This document shows positions 63,893 to 64,000 of a stretch of 64,000 bases of DNA, piece by piece. The first letter of the stretch is position 1. Each line of letters opens with the position of its first letter. The translations under genes and the position numbers were made by a program. The notes beneath the pieces are model-generated. The model did no database searches. It was given only the letters and a program-made list of their open reading frames with translations, and was not told the DNA's origin. This DNA comes from Octopus sinensis (Eukaryota): the NCBI RefSeq assembly GCF_006345805.1, contig NC_043019.1, forward strand, positions 22,195,360-22,259,359, given 5' to 3'.

Positions 63893-64000
63893 TGTAGGTG
63901 AACTTGCTGTAATCAACGACCTCCGATACTAAAAACCAAAAGAAAAACGGTAGGGGCCATTTAGAGACGATGTGGATACATTTATTTTTATTCTTTTTTA

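Overview
AT-rich, microsatellite-dense, intron-containing eukaryotic DNA. The SINE/LINE repertoire and (TA)n/(CA)n load suggest an octopod cephalopod genome (inference). Four protein-coding genes are supported: MPP10/MPHOSPH10 (minus strand, first three coding exons, rest outside the window), RNF146 (plus, two coding exons, head-to-head with MPP10), a single-exon ankyrin-repeat/SOCS-box (ASB-like) gene, and the first coding exon of PAQR3. Most of the rest is transposon debris: SINEs, RTE/CR1/HERO LINE fragments, non-autonomous Helitrons (three in tandem), piggyBac-, Merlin-, hAT- and mariner-type MITEs, maT/mariner/Tigger remnants, a solo LTR, and many fold-back palindromes. The most interesting signal is RNA-level. 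(i) Several short repeat families carry minimal hammerhead-ribozyme motifs with family-fixed core variants (U3-A8, A6U, GAUA), resembling Penelope-like pseudo-LTRs. (ii) The 3' end of a HERO-like retrotransposon carries two hammerhead-core modules on opposite strands in a non-circularly permuted order with identical spacing. (iii) A TSD-flanked chimeric insertion joins a hammerhead-bearing head, at its predicted cleavage site, to an RTE 3' end. All ribozyme calls are manual motif/pairing reads; no activity is shown.
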